From NCBI RefSeq assembly GCF_000143415.4, contig NW_003314354.1, forward strand, positions 677,857 through 741,856: a DNA stretch of 64,000 nucleotides, given 5' to 3'. The stretch comes from Selaginella moellendorffii. Its lineage: Eukaryota; Plantae; Lycopodiophyta. Made by a program: the position numbers and the translations under genes. Of this stretch, positions 22,966-37,200 are shown piece by piece. The notes beneath the pieces are model-generated. The model saw only the letters and a list, made by a program, of their open reading frames with translations, was not told where the DNA came from and searched no databases. Numbering within the stretch: position 1 is the first letter of the stretch; every line of letters starts with the position of its first letter.

Positions 22966-24792
22966 TGTGAGACACAAAATCCCTAGGCCCCAAAGTGGAG
23001 CCGGAAGGGCGCCACATGGTAGTGGCCGAAGCGAGAGCCAAACGAGCGTAACACGTTTGGACCAAAAGCTCTGACTTGAAAAGTCAAAAGCGGGAGTGGA
23101 ACTCCCAACGAAGTGCTCGAGGAACGAGCACGAAGCGAGCAAAAGGCGAGGCTCCAAAAAGGGACCTAAAAGGACCAACACATGACACATGGGAGTGTCC
23201 GAGATGGACTCGAGTTGGAGTCCGAAGTGGAGTCCGAGATGGACCCGAGTTGGAGTCTGAAGTGGAGTCCGAGATGGACCCGAGTTGGAGTCCGAAGTGG
23301 AGTCCGAGACGGACCCGAGATGGAGTCCGAGATGGAGTCCGAAGTGGAGTCCGAGGTGGACCCGAGATGGACCCGAGTTGGAGTCCGAAGTGGAGTCCGA
23401 GATGGACCCGAGATGGAGTCCGAGATGGAGTCCGAGATGGAGTCCGAGGTGGACCCGAGATGGACCCGAAATGGAGTCCGAGATGGAGTCCGAGATGGAC
23501 CCGAGATGGAGTCCGAGATGGAGTCCGAGATGGAGTCCGAGGTGGACCCGAGATGGACCCGAAATGGAGTCCGAGATGGAGTCCGAGATGGACCCGAGAT
23601 GGAGTCCGAGATGGAGTCCGAGATGGAGTCCGAAGTCGAGACCGAGACCGGGACCGAGACCGAGACCGAGACCGAGATCGGGACCGAGACCGAGGCCGAG
23701 GCCGAGACCGAGCCCGAGCCCGAGTCCGAGTCCGAATCCGAGTCCGAGTCCGAGTCCGAGTCCGAGTCCGAGTCCGAGTCCGAGTCCGGAGCCTGAGAGG
23801 GTGAAAGCCCAAAGCGTTCGTCTCCCAGACCCTGGGGGGTTTGGTGAGCTCCAAAAGTATAGTAAGGGGGAGGACTGCAGTGGAGCCAGTTTGGCCAGGA
23901 AAGGCCAGTTTGGCCCAGGAAGGCCGGACCCAGTGTTGGGTGATGAGCTGCCCACTGGGAAGTCCAAGACTAGAGTGAACACAGACCGACAAGCGGGGTA
24001 GCTTGGTGAAGTGTTCAAGAGCCGGCTCTAGTTCCCCCGGGAGATCGACTGGCCGATGCTCCCAGTCCAAGTGTGGGTGGCACTACCTACTTGGATACCT
24101 GTCGTGGCTCAACGGAACCCGCTCTAAGCCCATGGCTAGAGCACCCAAGGACAGAAGGCGAGGAGAGTACCCAGGTGGCTCGCGTAAGGCCACGGTGTTC
24201 CGAAATGTTGTCCTAAAGGCCCAGACTGTGGAAAGGAAGAGGAGCAGTCCTCTGGGGTAGTGACCAAGGACACAGTCGTGGGGTGAGGAAGTCCCAGAGG
24301 GCCGTGGGACTTAGTGGTCGGGCCCGTGGGTCTCGATCCAGTGGCAGTGTTGGCAAGCACGGCCAGGGGCAGGAAGGGACTTAGTGGGGACTGACAGAGG
24401 GACATTGGGGAAGGCTATTCCCCTTGTCGGTGGGCATCCTAAGGATGCTAAGGAGTGGATCTGAGATGACCACTCACGGATGGTTTGCCTAGTCTTGGAG
24501 AGCCAAGACGGTGATGCAAGTGGTATTGGACTACCAGTGTGGCAAAGGTGATTGGGCATGGCCTTAGCGTAACGGGCTGCTATGTCGGTGGTACCTTTGA
24601 GTGTCGGTCATGGGATCGGACACGTGGTGCACTTGGACCAAGTGCAAATGTTGAGTGGCATGGATGCCATTCACGGGGCTAGCAAGTCCCAAGTCCTGGA
24701 TTGGACTTATGGAGGTTGTGAATGAGACTCCTCCAAGTGGTCAGAGGTGTGGTTAAGTGACTAAAGTAGAATGGAAAATTTAGTCGCTTACA
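22966..24792 (+). mobile_element. Solo LTR (1.83 kb) of the non-coding LTR family
   Basis: TGTGAGAC..GCTTACA flanked by TSD GGTGC (22961-22965 and 24793-24797); host integrase resumes after it. Confidence 0.95.
23197..23790. repeat. Composite 11-bp/6-bp tandem repeat inside the LTR
   Basis: GGAGTCCGAGAT/GGACCCGAGAT-type 11-mers, then (GAGACC)n and (GAGTCC)n. Confidence 0.95.
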
Positions 24793-25619
24793 GGTGCCTC
24801 AACAGATTGTTGTACCAAAACCAATGTTCGAAGTGTTGGTCCCAGCTGTTGAGACTTATGCGGAGTAGCTACGCCAAGGTTGGTCTAGAGCTACTAAGGT
24901 GATGGGCAAAGCTCAGAATAGGTATCGATGTGATAAGGATCAGCATTGTTAGAATGTGTGCTATCAAGTGGGAGATCAGGTGTGGCTATCTTCCCAAAAC
25001 CTAAATGTTAAGGGATCTTTATCCTGGAAGTTGTTACCATGATATGTCGGGCCTTATCGGGTATTAGCATGAGTTGGTGATGTATCCTACAAGCTGGATC
25101 TTCTGGATGAGTTGTCCCATATACATGATGTATTTCATGTTAGTTTACTAGCACCATATTGTGTTGATGTGGATCACTCTATAGACATTCATCCCCCTCC
25201 AGAAGTTGTGCATGGTGACCTTGAGTATGAGGTTGAGGCAATTCTCTTGTCCCGCAAAGCTCATGGTGGTCATTCCAAGGAATATCTAGTTAAGTGGAAA
25301 GGTTACCCGACTTGTGAATCAACTTGGGAACCTCTTCAAAATCTTTCACATGCTTGTGAGCTTGTCACGGAGTATGAGAATAGTAATAAAGACTAGTTTT
25401 TGTAAACTTTGTAATAAATCTTACAAATCAATAAAGTAATATATTTCTATAAATCAAAGTTTTGTGTCTCTCATTCGTTAGTATTTGGGTCAGTTTTGGC
25501 AGGCTGACTTTGGCACTTTGGTGCATGGGTCTAATCTATAAATATGGGGATAACTATTATTGACTGATCACAAGTCCCCGCCTCTCTCTTGATGACTCAT
25601 TTTTGAAAAGGGGCGTGGT

Positions 25620-26261
25620 TGTGTAAACAATTTAATCTGCCAGTTTATAATAGTTTTCTGAATCTTCCCGACGGGGTTGATTTCTTGCTCAGGGGAAGTT
25701 GGGCCTCTGGCCCTCTCCCTATGTCCATGCAAGCAGGGATGTATCATTCCTTTGTAAGCTAAGTGGTACTTGGAGCAACAAAGGGGCTAACTCTATTAGT
25801 CATTTCCTTGTCAGTGATGGCCGGAAGGTGTCTGAGTCTTAACGTCTTTGGACGTAAAGGAGAGGTCATTCCATAACTCATTTAAATTAGTGTGTTTCCC
25901 ACATAGTGTGCTTTCCATTAACTTTCGGAGTTGTTTCCTTGACGGTTTGCTAGACTTGGGTATGCATCGACAAGGACGTTAATCTTCCCCAAAGGCGGGG
26001 AGAGTGTCGCAAATGTGACTTCGGGTATCAAAGGATACTTGTCGGCCAATCCTTACGAACACTCTTTCCTTACTGCTATGACGGCAAGAGGTCGGTATAG
26101 TTGGTTCCCTTTATCGTTCCCACTTGGGCTATGGCTGTTTGTATCTAAGGGTTTCATGTTTGACTCTCTCTCGTGTCACTGTACAGAATTGGGAACGAAA
26201 CAAGGAGAGTGAGCTCCTTGATTCTTCACTGTCGATAAGTTTCTTTCTCGCGTTTTTCACA
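25620..26261 (+). repeat. Putative 3' LTR of the decayed chromovirus
   Basis: Follows a purine tract; TG..CA ends with imperfect IR; no partner LTR in the window. Confidence 0.55.
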
Positions 26262-29200
26262 GTTGTATCACCACTGTTCTGAGTCTCCAGAATATATACC
26301 TTTGGAATGGGTATGTGTATGATTTATGGTCTTTGCAATGTCGTTTGAATGTGTTTGCATAAGAACAGGTCATGAGTACTGGGAAGATGAAGGCATTGAA
26401 GAAAAAAAGCCAGCATGTAGGCAAATGATGAACATATTTCACCCATATGATCCTGTCACCTATAGGTATCAATATACTTCTGTGTGAGCAGTGTTTACAT
26501 TTATCCTTTCGTCCTGATTATAGAGTGGAACCTCTGATATCTATTCTTTTTGGAGAAAGTCAGTGAATATCTTGGGATACAGGTAATCATAGTGCTTTGT
26601 AAGTTTTGCTGTCAAAGCTAGAGGAAATTCTTCAGTTGGGGTATGGCAATTATTGTGACACACTAGGTAGGATCCAATCCAACATCACCAACTCGCAGAA
26701 AAAGAGAGAACTAAGAAAGACAAACAAAGAATAGTGACCATCGCCATATCTACATGTCTGAGGACAAATTAAGTGAATTGGTGCCAGATTCAATTGTATT
26801 TGTGTTGTAATACTACATTATTTATAAAGTGTCTCCTGCCTTTGACTGTCTAGAAGTTCCAATGGTAAAGCCAATTTCATGCTACAGGTAAGTCGGAATC
26901 ATAGCAGCAGCAGCAGCAGCAGCAGCGAGAAGATCTCAAGGTCGCACAAGAATTCTCCACCAGGGATTTCTCACATGTACATAGTGGCAAAGCCAGTGTC
27001 GGTGAGCAGGTTGGTGCGAGGGACAGGGATGAAGATCTCAGGAGGGACAGGGAAAAAGATCTTGTAGGGTCCACCATTGCCCACAATCAGCGGAATATGT
27101 TTTTCAAGCTTCCCAGAGGAAGACTCAAGTCTAGAGAAAAACGGTAAAGAAGTTTTCTTTCATCATTCACTCTGCTAACTTTGATATATCTGCTAACTAG
27201 AGATGGAAGGATTGAAGAGGAAGCTCATGAGCATCCAATGGCAGCTTCAATCCAGCCTGAGATAGGTATGATGGAAATTCACGAAGATGTAAAGAACTTT
27301 GGTTTTGTTCGTTTCCATTTCTTCCAGTTTGAAGAGTTTGTGGCAATTTGGTAGAGACCAAACTTTGAGACGCTGCCATATCCTTACTGCCCTCCTCACA
27401 TCACCAAACCAAAGGTATTGATCTTTTTTCTTCGTTACTCATAACTCTTTTGTATGATCTTCTCATTTCTTTTATTATTTCTTGTGTCAGGAGTGTAGGA
27501 AGTTCTGCAGGGGTCTCCTCCCTGAAAGACAATACTTTACTGTTTCAAAGAGTCTCAAACTGCTGCCAGTTCCATTGTTTGAGCTCTACGACAATGTATG
27601 TAAGAGAAGAAACGTTTAATATCTACACTCGCTTCTTTTTTTTTTCTTTTCTTGCTTTGAGAAAGTTTTTCTCCTCCTTTGCTGATGTGAGAATCGTTAC
27701 TGCAGAGATATTCCCAGTGATCTCTGCCATCTTCTAGCAGCTTTCAAGGTTCACCTTCATTGCCATTAACGGTTGAACCCTGGAAATCTGTGTGAATTTT
27801 TTCTTCTTTTTCTCCATTTTGTAAAACTATTAACTTACTATGAGTGGCTCTCTTTGTTTTGTTTCAAAAATTTCTCTTATAAATGAAGATACACTCCCTC
27901 AGCTGGATAAAAGTGTGATGGAATCAAGAAAGAAATAAAAAATTACACACCTACCAGTGTACACTTATCAAAAGATTGGTAGAACAGCCTCAGTATATAC
28001 CAAGAAGAGTTGAGTATTAGTAAACAACTGACCAAGATAAAGAGCTTTTAAATTTTTTTAATATCGTGACTCTTGTGCTCATTTTTAGATTGAACTTTTG
28101 TGATCATGTGAGTGCGTACATCCGCACATAGAGATTCTAAGTAGCTTTTAAGAGTTTTCGAAAAACCATCTAGTACTTGTGTCTGCAATGTCAAAACAAA
28201 CTCTCCTGATAATCTTCAATTGAACTCTTTTGGCAATATAAGTAGAGAAAGGTCTGTGGTATAGAATCCAGCTTAGAGCTGCAGTCGAGAATGCAGATCG
28301 GGTGTGTTTACAATGACAAGAATATGTCAACCCACCTGAATATTGTTGGCCAGGACATGGAGGTGCTAATATTTTTTAATGTAGGAAGCAAATGAGTTAT
28401 GTGAGCAGATGGAAAGCCTGCAGTTAGTGTTAATCAACAAGCTCTCTCGAAATAGCAAAATACAAAAGTGATGATAGTACAGCCAAGATGCAGTCGCTAC
28501 AGCTTGAATTGAGAAGGAAAGAAGAAATCTGCTGCTAAGAGAAGACTGTGGGCTTTGATGAGACAGAAAAATCTAAGACCGAACAGGAGGTACTGAAGAT
28601 TACGGAAGAACTTGAAGACACATGGGAGTTGAACAGGTTGTTCAGAAAATACATAGCTGGCTATAGATTAAAAAAAATGGATGTCAGGTGTGCAAAAGTG
28701 GAAGTTGAGATGGCAGATGCAACTACTATAAAGAACTGAGGGTGGCCAAGAAACTCTGAAGATGATGTGACACTATGCTGCAGCAATGAAAATGGAACGG
28801 ATTTTAGAGACTTCCTTGCCAGATTGTCCACCAGGCCATTTTGCTGTGGAGAAGCAATATTCAGGCTTTACAGTTAAAGCTACACTAAGCTTTTGAGTTT
28901 GTCAAAGATGCAGAGCACCTAATGCAACCTCAAATATGTCTAAAATGCAAGAGAGTGTTCAGAATTTCTGAATGATACAGGTATTGCTCAGAAGAAAAAA
29001 CCAATGTGCTGCTTCTCCAGGTACTCTAACATTCAAGTGAATCCAAAGTGCCTTGCAATGTTTCTCCAGTCCAGTGAAGCTGATCAATGGCATCGTGATC
29101 AATACAACAGAATCCAGTGAGGACTAACATTGTGATGGTTCTTCAGGCATGTGTTTGCATTCTAGCAAATCCAGGATGGCTGTTCATTGCAAGTCACACA

Positions 29201-29449
29201 CACCTCACAGATGCACAGTAAGTTTTTCTGGCACACACTCGCTCTCTAATGCACTAAGCACATAGATTTGTCTGCTATCTGTAGTTTATCGAGAATCCCA
29301 TTCGGGCTGTGCGCCTGGAAGGAGCTCCCATCACTCACTGAACAAGCCGCACTGCCCGATGCTCCCTGATGCTACACCAAACAAACCATGCCATTGTTGT
29401 CCCATGACGCCGTGAACATGGAATCCCACCCGTTTCCCATCACAGCCAT

Positions 29450-30141
29450 GTTACGATTCATCTCCTAAGAGAGCTGAAAGGACCGCAACTGCAGCGAGCC
29501 TCCAGCTCCCGGGCTGCTGACAGAAACAACAGCAGCAGGTCCACCGAGCGATGCCTAGACGAGAACTGTGAGTCCGGCACCCAATGAGTAGAAGCAATGC
29601 GTTTGGACACACCTCCAGAACTTGGTGTGTGTAGCTCACACCTTGGGAGACAAAGTCGAGGCTCTGGTTGGAATAGGTGGAGAGGCAAGAGCTCAAGCTT
29701 GTAAGTGACGTCCTTGGTAGCTCTCCAAACAGGATCCAATTGACACACATGTTTGTCTGGGTGGAGGTGCCCCAGAACACAACCACAAGGTGTTTGTTAG
29801 CGGAGGTGGTGTCTTCCTTGTACACTGGGCCCCAAGCTCTGGTGTCCGAGGAGGGCTCAAGTGTTGGAAGTTTGGGGATGGCTTCCAGCTGGGGACGGAG
29901 GCTGGCATCCATAGGTTTTGGTGGAGATTGTGGTGAGCTGGGAGATGAAGAGTGCCAGACACTTGGGATCATGCTGTGAGAGCTTGAAGAGTTTGTCCCA
30001 CACTTCCAGAGCTTCTTCGCTTGGTGGGTTTTGTTTGGCTGAGCGGTGGTGGTGATAGCGGGCTAGAAAAACACTGGCAGTAACAATGGCAGGCACAACC
30101 AAAAGCAAGAGCAGGAGAGTGCATTTGTGATTTTTCTTCAT
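29450..30141 (-). pseudogene. Frameshifted gene with N-terminal hydrophobic segment; weak class-3 lipase resemblance
   Basis: MKKNHKCTLLLLLLVVPAIVTASVFLA, then a frame change to KHLVVVFWGTSTQTN (similar to lipase_3 VVAFRGT); no clean GxSxG. Confidence 0.3.
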
Positions 30142-32591
30142 GGTTTGGAAGGAATCTTACCTCTGTTCTCCCTGCGGGCTTGAAAATTAAAGAGTCACCG
30201 GATCTCACGTATCTGTGTTGCCTTCGTCAAAGCTTTACAAGTCCAACTCTTTTTCACTTTATACGGTCTGGCTCTTTCTTGCTTTATAATAGTCTGGATT
30301 TCTTAACTCTCAAATTTTCAAGTATGCACAACAGGAAACTAAAATTCACAGATCTCACTTATCAGCATTGCTTGGTCAAAAAATTATATTTTATGGCCTA
30401 ACACTATTATGTCTTAGATTTTGCATTATTTTTCTCTTTTAGCAGTTTCTTAACATCAAATGCTTTGTGATCAAAAGAGAGCATGCAAGTTCCTCCACAA
30501 GAACCCCCAGGCTGCCTTTGATGTGTTCCAAAGGTGATGACTCTGAACTCAATATCCATGTTGAGCAGAATAAAGCTGCTTGGGTCCTCAGTAAACTTCC
30601 ACCACCTCTCTTCAATTTCTTCTTGCCACTTTACAGTAAGTCACTGAAAAAATCTAAGATTCTGTAGAACTTCACTGGTTAAAACTTGGACAGGAAATCT
30701 AGAAGAAAAAGCAAGCCTTTGAACACTTCTGTTTTTATCCTGGTCCTTTGACTTAAAACCAAGTGGGTTATGCTAGAACACCTGAAACCTCCCTCGATAT
30801 CAAGCTTTCAAGTAGATGTTGTAACTTTTAATTATGGATTTCTTATGTTCCATCTCCAGGATGATGAATTTAGAATCTCTTGGAACTTTCTATGCAGGCA
30901 TTTGCTTTCATTTCAAGCACAAGACTTGCAGAATAAAAGAAGCCAGCTTTGATTAATTACAAAACCTTGCTTTCTAGAGCTTACAGCTATAACTTTCAAC
31001 TGATTATTTTAAAATTAATATTAAAATACTTACTCTTGATGCTAAAATGCTTGAAAATTCAATGTGCCCAAAATGTTTTGTACTTCTCAGCTAGTCTTGT
31101 ATAAAACCCCATGTGTTGTGAAAGGGCAAAGCATATAGAGATAGAGCATTGAAAGAAGTGTTTAGATGCATTTGGGACGCACTACTCCTTGTTCTGTCCA
31201 AGTTGAAAACAGAAAAAGTTTAGGTTTTGATCCACATGGCATTAGGGCGGGAACTCAGGGCATCCTAGTTTGGAAGAGGACAAGATTGGAATCAGATTTG
31301 GAGCTCTGGCTGAGAGGCAGATAAAAAGAGACATTGGAGAGTTCATTTCTTTCCCTTTGTGTGTTTAAAAGTGATAAAATGTGTTCAATAGTGTTCTTGT
31401 AGGAGTTAGATTGGAGAGTGTCCTCTAGAGAGGATTCAAGGAGTTTGTGAGAGAATTCTGGAGAAGCAGAGAGTAGCTTACAACCTACTGGTAGTAATGT
31501 GGCCTTGAGCATATGATATCAGTAAAAGAGCGTGTTTTACCTCTCTCTTGCAAGAGTGTGTGATAGTGGGGCAATTGGGGGCAATTGCACCTTCCAGGCA
31601 CTTGCTGTATGCCAGTGAAAACACAGTGGCCCCAAGTCATTCTCTCCCCCCTGATCTCATTCTCCCAATCTCTTTCGTGCAGGGATTCCTCCTGCACAAC
31701 ATAACACAGAATCAAGGCTCCCAGCTGGGATTCCTCTTGCACAACATAACACTGAATCAGGGCTCCCAGCTCAATCAGTTTGGGTAGCCTTGGATTTGCC
31801 CGGCCTCCCCTGCTTTAGCCACTTCCACATTTCCACATTTCTTTTGAGGAACTCACTGGACAGACCACGTGGCAGATTGGGGTGAGTTTGACATGTATTG
31901 GTATCACAGTTCTCATCCTGCATGTATGGATGTAGGGGATGAGTATAGAAGATCTTTCCTAATGTCTAGAGATTAGTGAGTCAGTTTTGAAAGATTCTTG
32001 GAGTTGAGCATCTACGAGAATGGCGTGAGAAATTTCGACTCTTGAGGCACCAAAGGATGGTTCTAGGTGGAGAATAGAGCAGTGCATCTTAGCCGACATC
32101 AAGGCTGTATTTTCTGCTTTAAGATTTGTCAGATCTTTTCCAGACGTCCTGCTATTTCTTTCTTCACCTCGCTACTAAAAGAATGAAGATTTTTGTCAAA
32201 ATCCTAATATCATATAGATTCAGAAAAAATCTGGACAAATCTTTCCAGGTAGCTTCTGCATAGTTTTTCAAGCAGCTTCAAGGTATCGGCTTCTCTCTCA
32301 GTTTACTTCATCTTCGACAGGACCTTAATCTTTTTTCTGGTGGGACACCGAACAACCCTAAATCTCGCTCAAAGCAATGAATGTAGAAAAGGCAAGACCA
32401 CTTGGCATCACCACATTGCATTGATGTTTCGCACGCTTTCTTACGCCCATCCTTTTTAGTTTTCCTGGGAATTCTCATTGAGAACGACAGAGATTAGGAA
32501 AATTTCTTCACACAATACCCAAATTTGCAGTAGGTACATCGTTTTAAATCCTAGTCGAATAAGGCAAAGCCAATGTGTAATACAATATTGT

Positions 32592-34238
32592 TCAACAATA
32601 ATAAACAAATCTGTCTGTGTTTGGTTTCCATCTCACGTTGAGCACCATCGCAGGAACCTTTTGTTGTTTTACTTCGGCAAGCGCTGATTCGAGTGCACCT
32701 AAAAGCCTTGTTTGATACTCTTTGTAATTTTTGTGTAGAGCGCAGCTGAAGTGGCACCTTTTGCTGTAGGATGGATCCAGGGGGTAAACTCCATGGTTAC
32801 AGTCGCATAGAGGCGAAATAACCACTCCTTCTCGCTGCATTTTGTCGATATGAACGAGTTGCAAAGCCTTTAAAAATCTGTAGAAATAAAATAAAAAAAC
32901 ACTTTTAATTAAAAACAAGTACCTCGATTGTTCGAGGCTTTGACACAGTTTCCAGATTTTTTCCCTTTTCTGAAACAGGTAAAACCTGTTAATGCAGTGG
33001 TTACTATGGAAGCCAATACAACCTCTGGGACTGCTACATCATCAAATATCGTTTGAAACCCGTAAAGCATAGCCAGAACTCTTGCATCGAGTGTATTAGC
33101 CTGTAAAGTTAAATTATTGATGAAAAATATTTCTACCTGCGTTACCTTCTTGATTATCTCCTTCACAAATTCCATAAGTCTTCGTTGGTGTTTTTCACCA
33201 TTATGATAGAGTGGGCAGCTTTTATCACAGTAGTCTGAATAGCAAGAATTCCAAGGACTTACTGCGTGTCTACATGAACAAAGCCTAGGAATTCGAAGTC
33301 CTTGTTTGTGCAACCGCTCAAAACGTACCATAAGTAAAGCAAAGGTGAGGCTGCTAAAAGCTTATACATAAAGCTATATATAATGAAACAAAACTGCACT
33401 TACTCGCGGCCGTTTGCAGCCTCTAACAAGCTTGCGAGTCTGCTCCTCTGGAAAAAAAGAACAAGTTAAAGGTGTTCTGGACGTATGAAGACCGTACCTT
33501 TCTTGCAACTGCTGCTAGATGCTCAGCTATAGCATCATTTTGTCTACCCCAGGCCATTTTGAGCCGTACTGTACGTTCAGTAAGCTTATCCACGGTGGAT
33601 TGGACACTATACCTCTGCCTTTGCAAAAAAGAAAAAAACTTAACAGTTTACCATCTTCCCCGCATGAGATAAAAGAGAATACCTCATCAGTTGTTCCTTA
33701 CGGCGATCTTCCATAGCCCTGGACTGCCTTCGTTCCATTTCCATGGCACACTTCCACACGTCATTAACATACTGGTTTGCCTGCATGGAGTGGTCGAATA
33801 AACGAGAAAAAGCATATACTCATACTTGGCCTCTTTCCTCATACTCGTCACGGTGTCTTAAAAGAAGAATACCCATTGACGTGATCTAAGACCGGATTTG
33901 AATGTATGAAAAGAAATAAGAAATTCCAAACCTCCATGGCCTCTGGACGAGCGTGAGGAATTTTGTCCTTGGTAGCCTTTCTTTTTTCGTACTGCTTCCT
34001 TGCCACTCGATACTGCAAACTTTTGTGAAATCTTTCCTTGTGAGACACCTGTGCTTCCTGCTGACGATATATATGTTGCATTGCCACCACTGCTGCTTCC
34101 TGAGCAAAGGGATCATAAAGACAACAGTTCTACTGTCTCACTTACTGCTGCATTGCTGCTAGAGTTTTGGGTGTACTCAGAAGGCCTGACAATTCGTGGG
34201 ACCGGATAGCACTCCAATTCGCAGCAAATACGACCCAT
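32592..34238 (-). CDS. Multi-exon CCDC15-like protein with two C-terminal Cys-rich modules
   Basis: ATG at 34238, short GT-AG introns; KERFHKSLQYRVARKQ; modules LLMVRFERLHKQGLRIPRLCSC..YCDKSCPLYHN..HQRRL and FLKALQLVHIDKMQREGVVISPLCDC..RCHFSCALHKN..YQTRL. CCDC15 similarity is recalled, not searched; 3' end approximate. Confidence 0.62.
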
Positions 34239-37200
34239 GTGCCTAATATCAAGTATTGGAAAAACACAAGTTAGATACGGTAATAACAGTTAGAAAACTG
34301 CTTATCCTACGACAAGACCGGTTATATCCATCTTTTCAACTGTAACAGGAGAAACCTAAACCCTATTACAGAGGTCATCCGTGCTCCAGCAAAGCTTTTA
34401 GAAGATGCTTGGTTACTAGCATAGTGAAATCTTTCAGAGAAAAAGATCGAGAACATTGCACAACACTTGGAAACGCCGGTCACAATGAGTCTACAGTTAG
34501 TTCTCTGATTCTAAGGGTAACTTGGGAGTCATAGTAGGTGAGGACTGTAACGGACTACCATCTATGCTCTTTTAAGGCAGTGAGCACAAGCATATTTATA
34601 AGTATTGTGCACCAGAACTAGACAGATGCCTTCAACGGATCCCCCTCCCCTTTTTTCAACGCTAATCCAGATGCTTGCAAGTTCTTTCTTCTGTTCCTGG
34701 CAATGATTCCGAAAAAAACGATAAAGCTTTCGAGTTTTTTCTTTCTTTAATGAAAGCCAGTTTTTTACGAAAAAGCTCTGCGATCTTCCGAATTGGTAGA
34801 AAATGCAAAGTATGTCTTAGAAAAACTTCCTCGCACTGCCAGAGTTCTCTTCATTGCCACCAAGTGGAATTTGTTCATGAGATGCTCAAAGAAGTGGCTC
34901 AAGGACGGCACTGGTGGAAGTGTCAGACGGGGGTGGCAACAACGAAAATGGCGATGTATATGACGCAAGCAAGGCCTTGAATCCCGAGTTTGATTGATCA
35001 CAGGGAAGCAACAGAATTTACAGGGGGTGGGTAGAAAGCAAAGAGAAAAGAGCTGCATAGAAGTTTTTGTACGTCTTTGTTAGCCTTGTGAAGAGACTAA
35101 CGATTGATAACACTGATGTGGATATATGGGTAGATCAGTGGTCTCAAAGGCATGCATAGTTAATCCTCCATGGAAATGGAAGGTTTTGGGGAAAAGTTCT
35201 TGAGGCCTGTCACTGGAAAAAGTCTGAATACGACTTTGAAGCTATTGTATTGAAAGCTTAATCGAATAAAATGGAATGGTTCCACTTAGCCGCTTCTTAT
35301 AAGGTTTAGCACGCTTCCAGGGTTTCGTAGCAAAGCCAGAGGTAAAGAGTGCCATCAATTATAGTTCTCTCCAGCTCCAGTGAATGGATAGATTGTTGGA
35401 TAGTGGGAGCTATGGTTATATGTAGGAACAAATCGCGAATATATAGCTCATTCAATCTCTTCCTCTGCTGTGAAAGTTTTTGTTCTTGGGTGATTGATGG
35501 TGTTTTCAATGGCCATGACAGGAAAATTTTCTCCTTTTCCCAGCGGAGCTGGGTTTCAGCCAGTTATTCATTAATTTTGATTGTGTCAGCCACAATCACC
35601 CAAGAATTTCAAGCTCGATTTTTTTCCTTCAGATCCTCTTGGAACTTCCTAAAATCCCTGTTAGGACAACATAGAGAACATCCCAGTATCTCTGAACACA
35701 TGCAGTGATGTGACGGCCGTGAGCCTTTTTACACAATCAGCTCTTGCTTTTCTTCACGTTACAATTCTCAATCTTGTTGGTGGAGGCAAACTGTGTGTTC
35801 CACAATAGTGGCAAGCTTTGTCGGAGCAGAAACATAGCATGTTGCACAATGGTGGAAGCGTGACAGCTAAGCTCAGAATTTCATTGCGATGAGGAAGAAG
35901 CTTGCTCCAAGTTGTCTGCCATCATTCCAAAGTGCAGCCAACATCTTCTCTATGCCAAAATAACAAAAGGAAATTCTAAGAAATTACAAAAATTATAATC
36001 TAGGAAAACAAGAAAAGATGAAAATCATTAAGAATAAAACACGAGAGTTCGACAACTGTAAGAAAGAAAAAAGATTCAAAGAGATTACCATTCAAAGTGT
36101 GTGTGTGTGTGTGTTGAGAGGGAAAGGCAAGAGAATGACCACCCTCCGTGAACTCTAATTGCTTGAGGATATCTGCACTTGATGAGATCCTTGGTCATCT
36201 TGGAGTTGGGACGCGCTTCATGATCTTGTTGCTGTTGGCAATGGGTAACTGCCTCTTTCCACCCTTGAAACCCCTACTGCTGACGTGTTTAAATGATGAT
36301 ATGGCGTTCGCAAATCATATGGCCATATTATGAATTCACCACAGCAAAGAAGGCATACACTTCTTTCTTCTGAAATTTGAAATGTGCCGTGTTATAATTC
36401 TTTCTTTTTGTTATGGCTTGTGTGGGGCGCACTAGAAAAATGTTGTATCTCATCCTAACTTGGATGTAGTATTTGAAGCTTGAAGTTTTCTTCAAATGTA
36501 TTTTAAGTGGTGGTTTGAATTTTTGTTAGATACATGTGTGACTGGATCTATCAATTTTCGAACATAAGATTTACCATTTGGTATGCAAGATTACAAGGGA
36601 TGTAATATCTCTTCCTTGTGAGTGTTGTAGATTGGTTTTTATTTTTGGATTATCTTTTGCTTCTGGAAATTTGGTGACGTAGCATTCACTTAAAAATCCC
36701 TAATTATATCACGATGTGCAATAATATTTTTTGTTATTTTATTTTTTCTGGTGTTGAATGATGAGTCTCTTGCTGCTCTATTTGGCTGCTTCCATCCTTG
36801 CAAAACTTCAAGGTGTAGGTAAGATGCACAACCAAATGACTCAAGCGTGAATTTGATGCCATTTTGTATGATCCAAACATCTGAGTGATCTCTAACTTTT
36901 TATGTCCTACATGATATTGTTATCAGGATCAGAAATACATGTATTGCATTCTACCTTTAAGAGGATGTTCCCCATCTCTTATTGCAGTTCTGTACTTGTA
37001 ACGTGGAGTGTTTAAATACTATCATGTATTTATGTATATCTAACACTCACGCTCAATAAAAATCTGGAAGGTAAACTATTTCCTTCAGGCTGAGGAAGAA
37101 GATTTTTGTTTTGTATCACTTTGGTTTCAGGTTTTGTAAACTGCGCAAGCATGAGACAGGGTTTTGTCTCAAACTCCAGTCTGTGATGGAGTTTGTCAAG

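Larger units (their letters stand above)
21311..26261 (+). mobile_element. Decayed chromovirus 3' half (RNase H end, integrase, chromodomain, PPT, putative 3' LTR), host to two insertions
   Basis: YKPGKDN; EHHDIPAVGH..CPICQ; LDFVTCLPK; ISDRDSRF; HPQTDGQT; IHDVFHVSLL; EYEVEAIL..EYLVKWKGYPTCESTWEP (25112-25396); AAAAGGGGCGTGG then TGTGTAAAC..TTTTCACA. Confidence 0.85.

Noticed and set aside
22915-24070. Long low-complexity ORFs (SRTP, ESE, GLGL, RPRP) here and at 41-42k, 47-48k, 53-54k and 55-58k
   Set aside because: They are open in most frames on both strands because the LTR minisatellite lacks stop codons, and frames differ between copies.
27400-28900. Possible spliced coiled-coil gene
   Set aside because: Multiple stops and no recognisable domain; no consistent model could be built.
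34675-35960. Cys/His-containing ORF fragments (possible transposase)
   Set aside because: Fragmented, and no family motif could be named with support.
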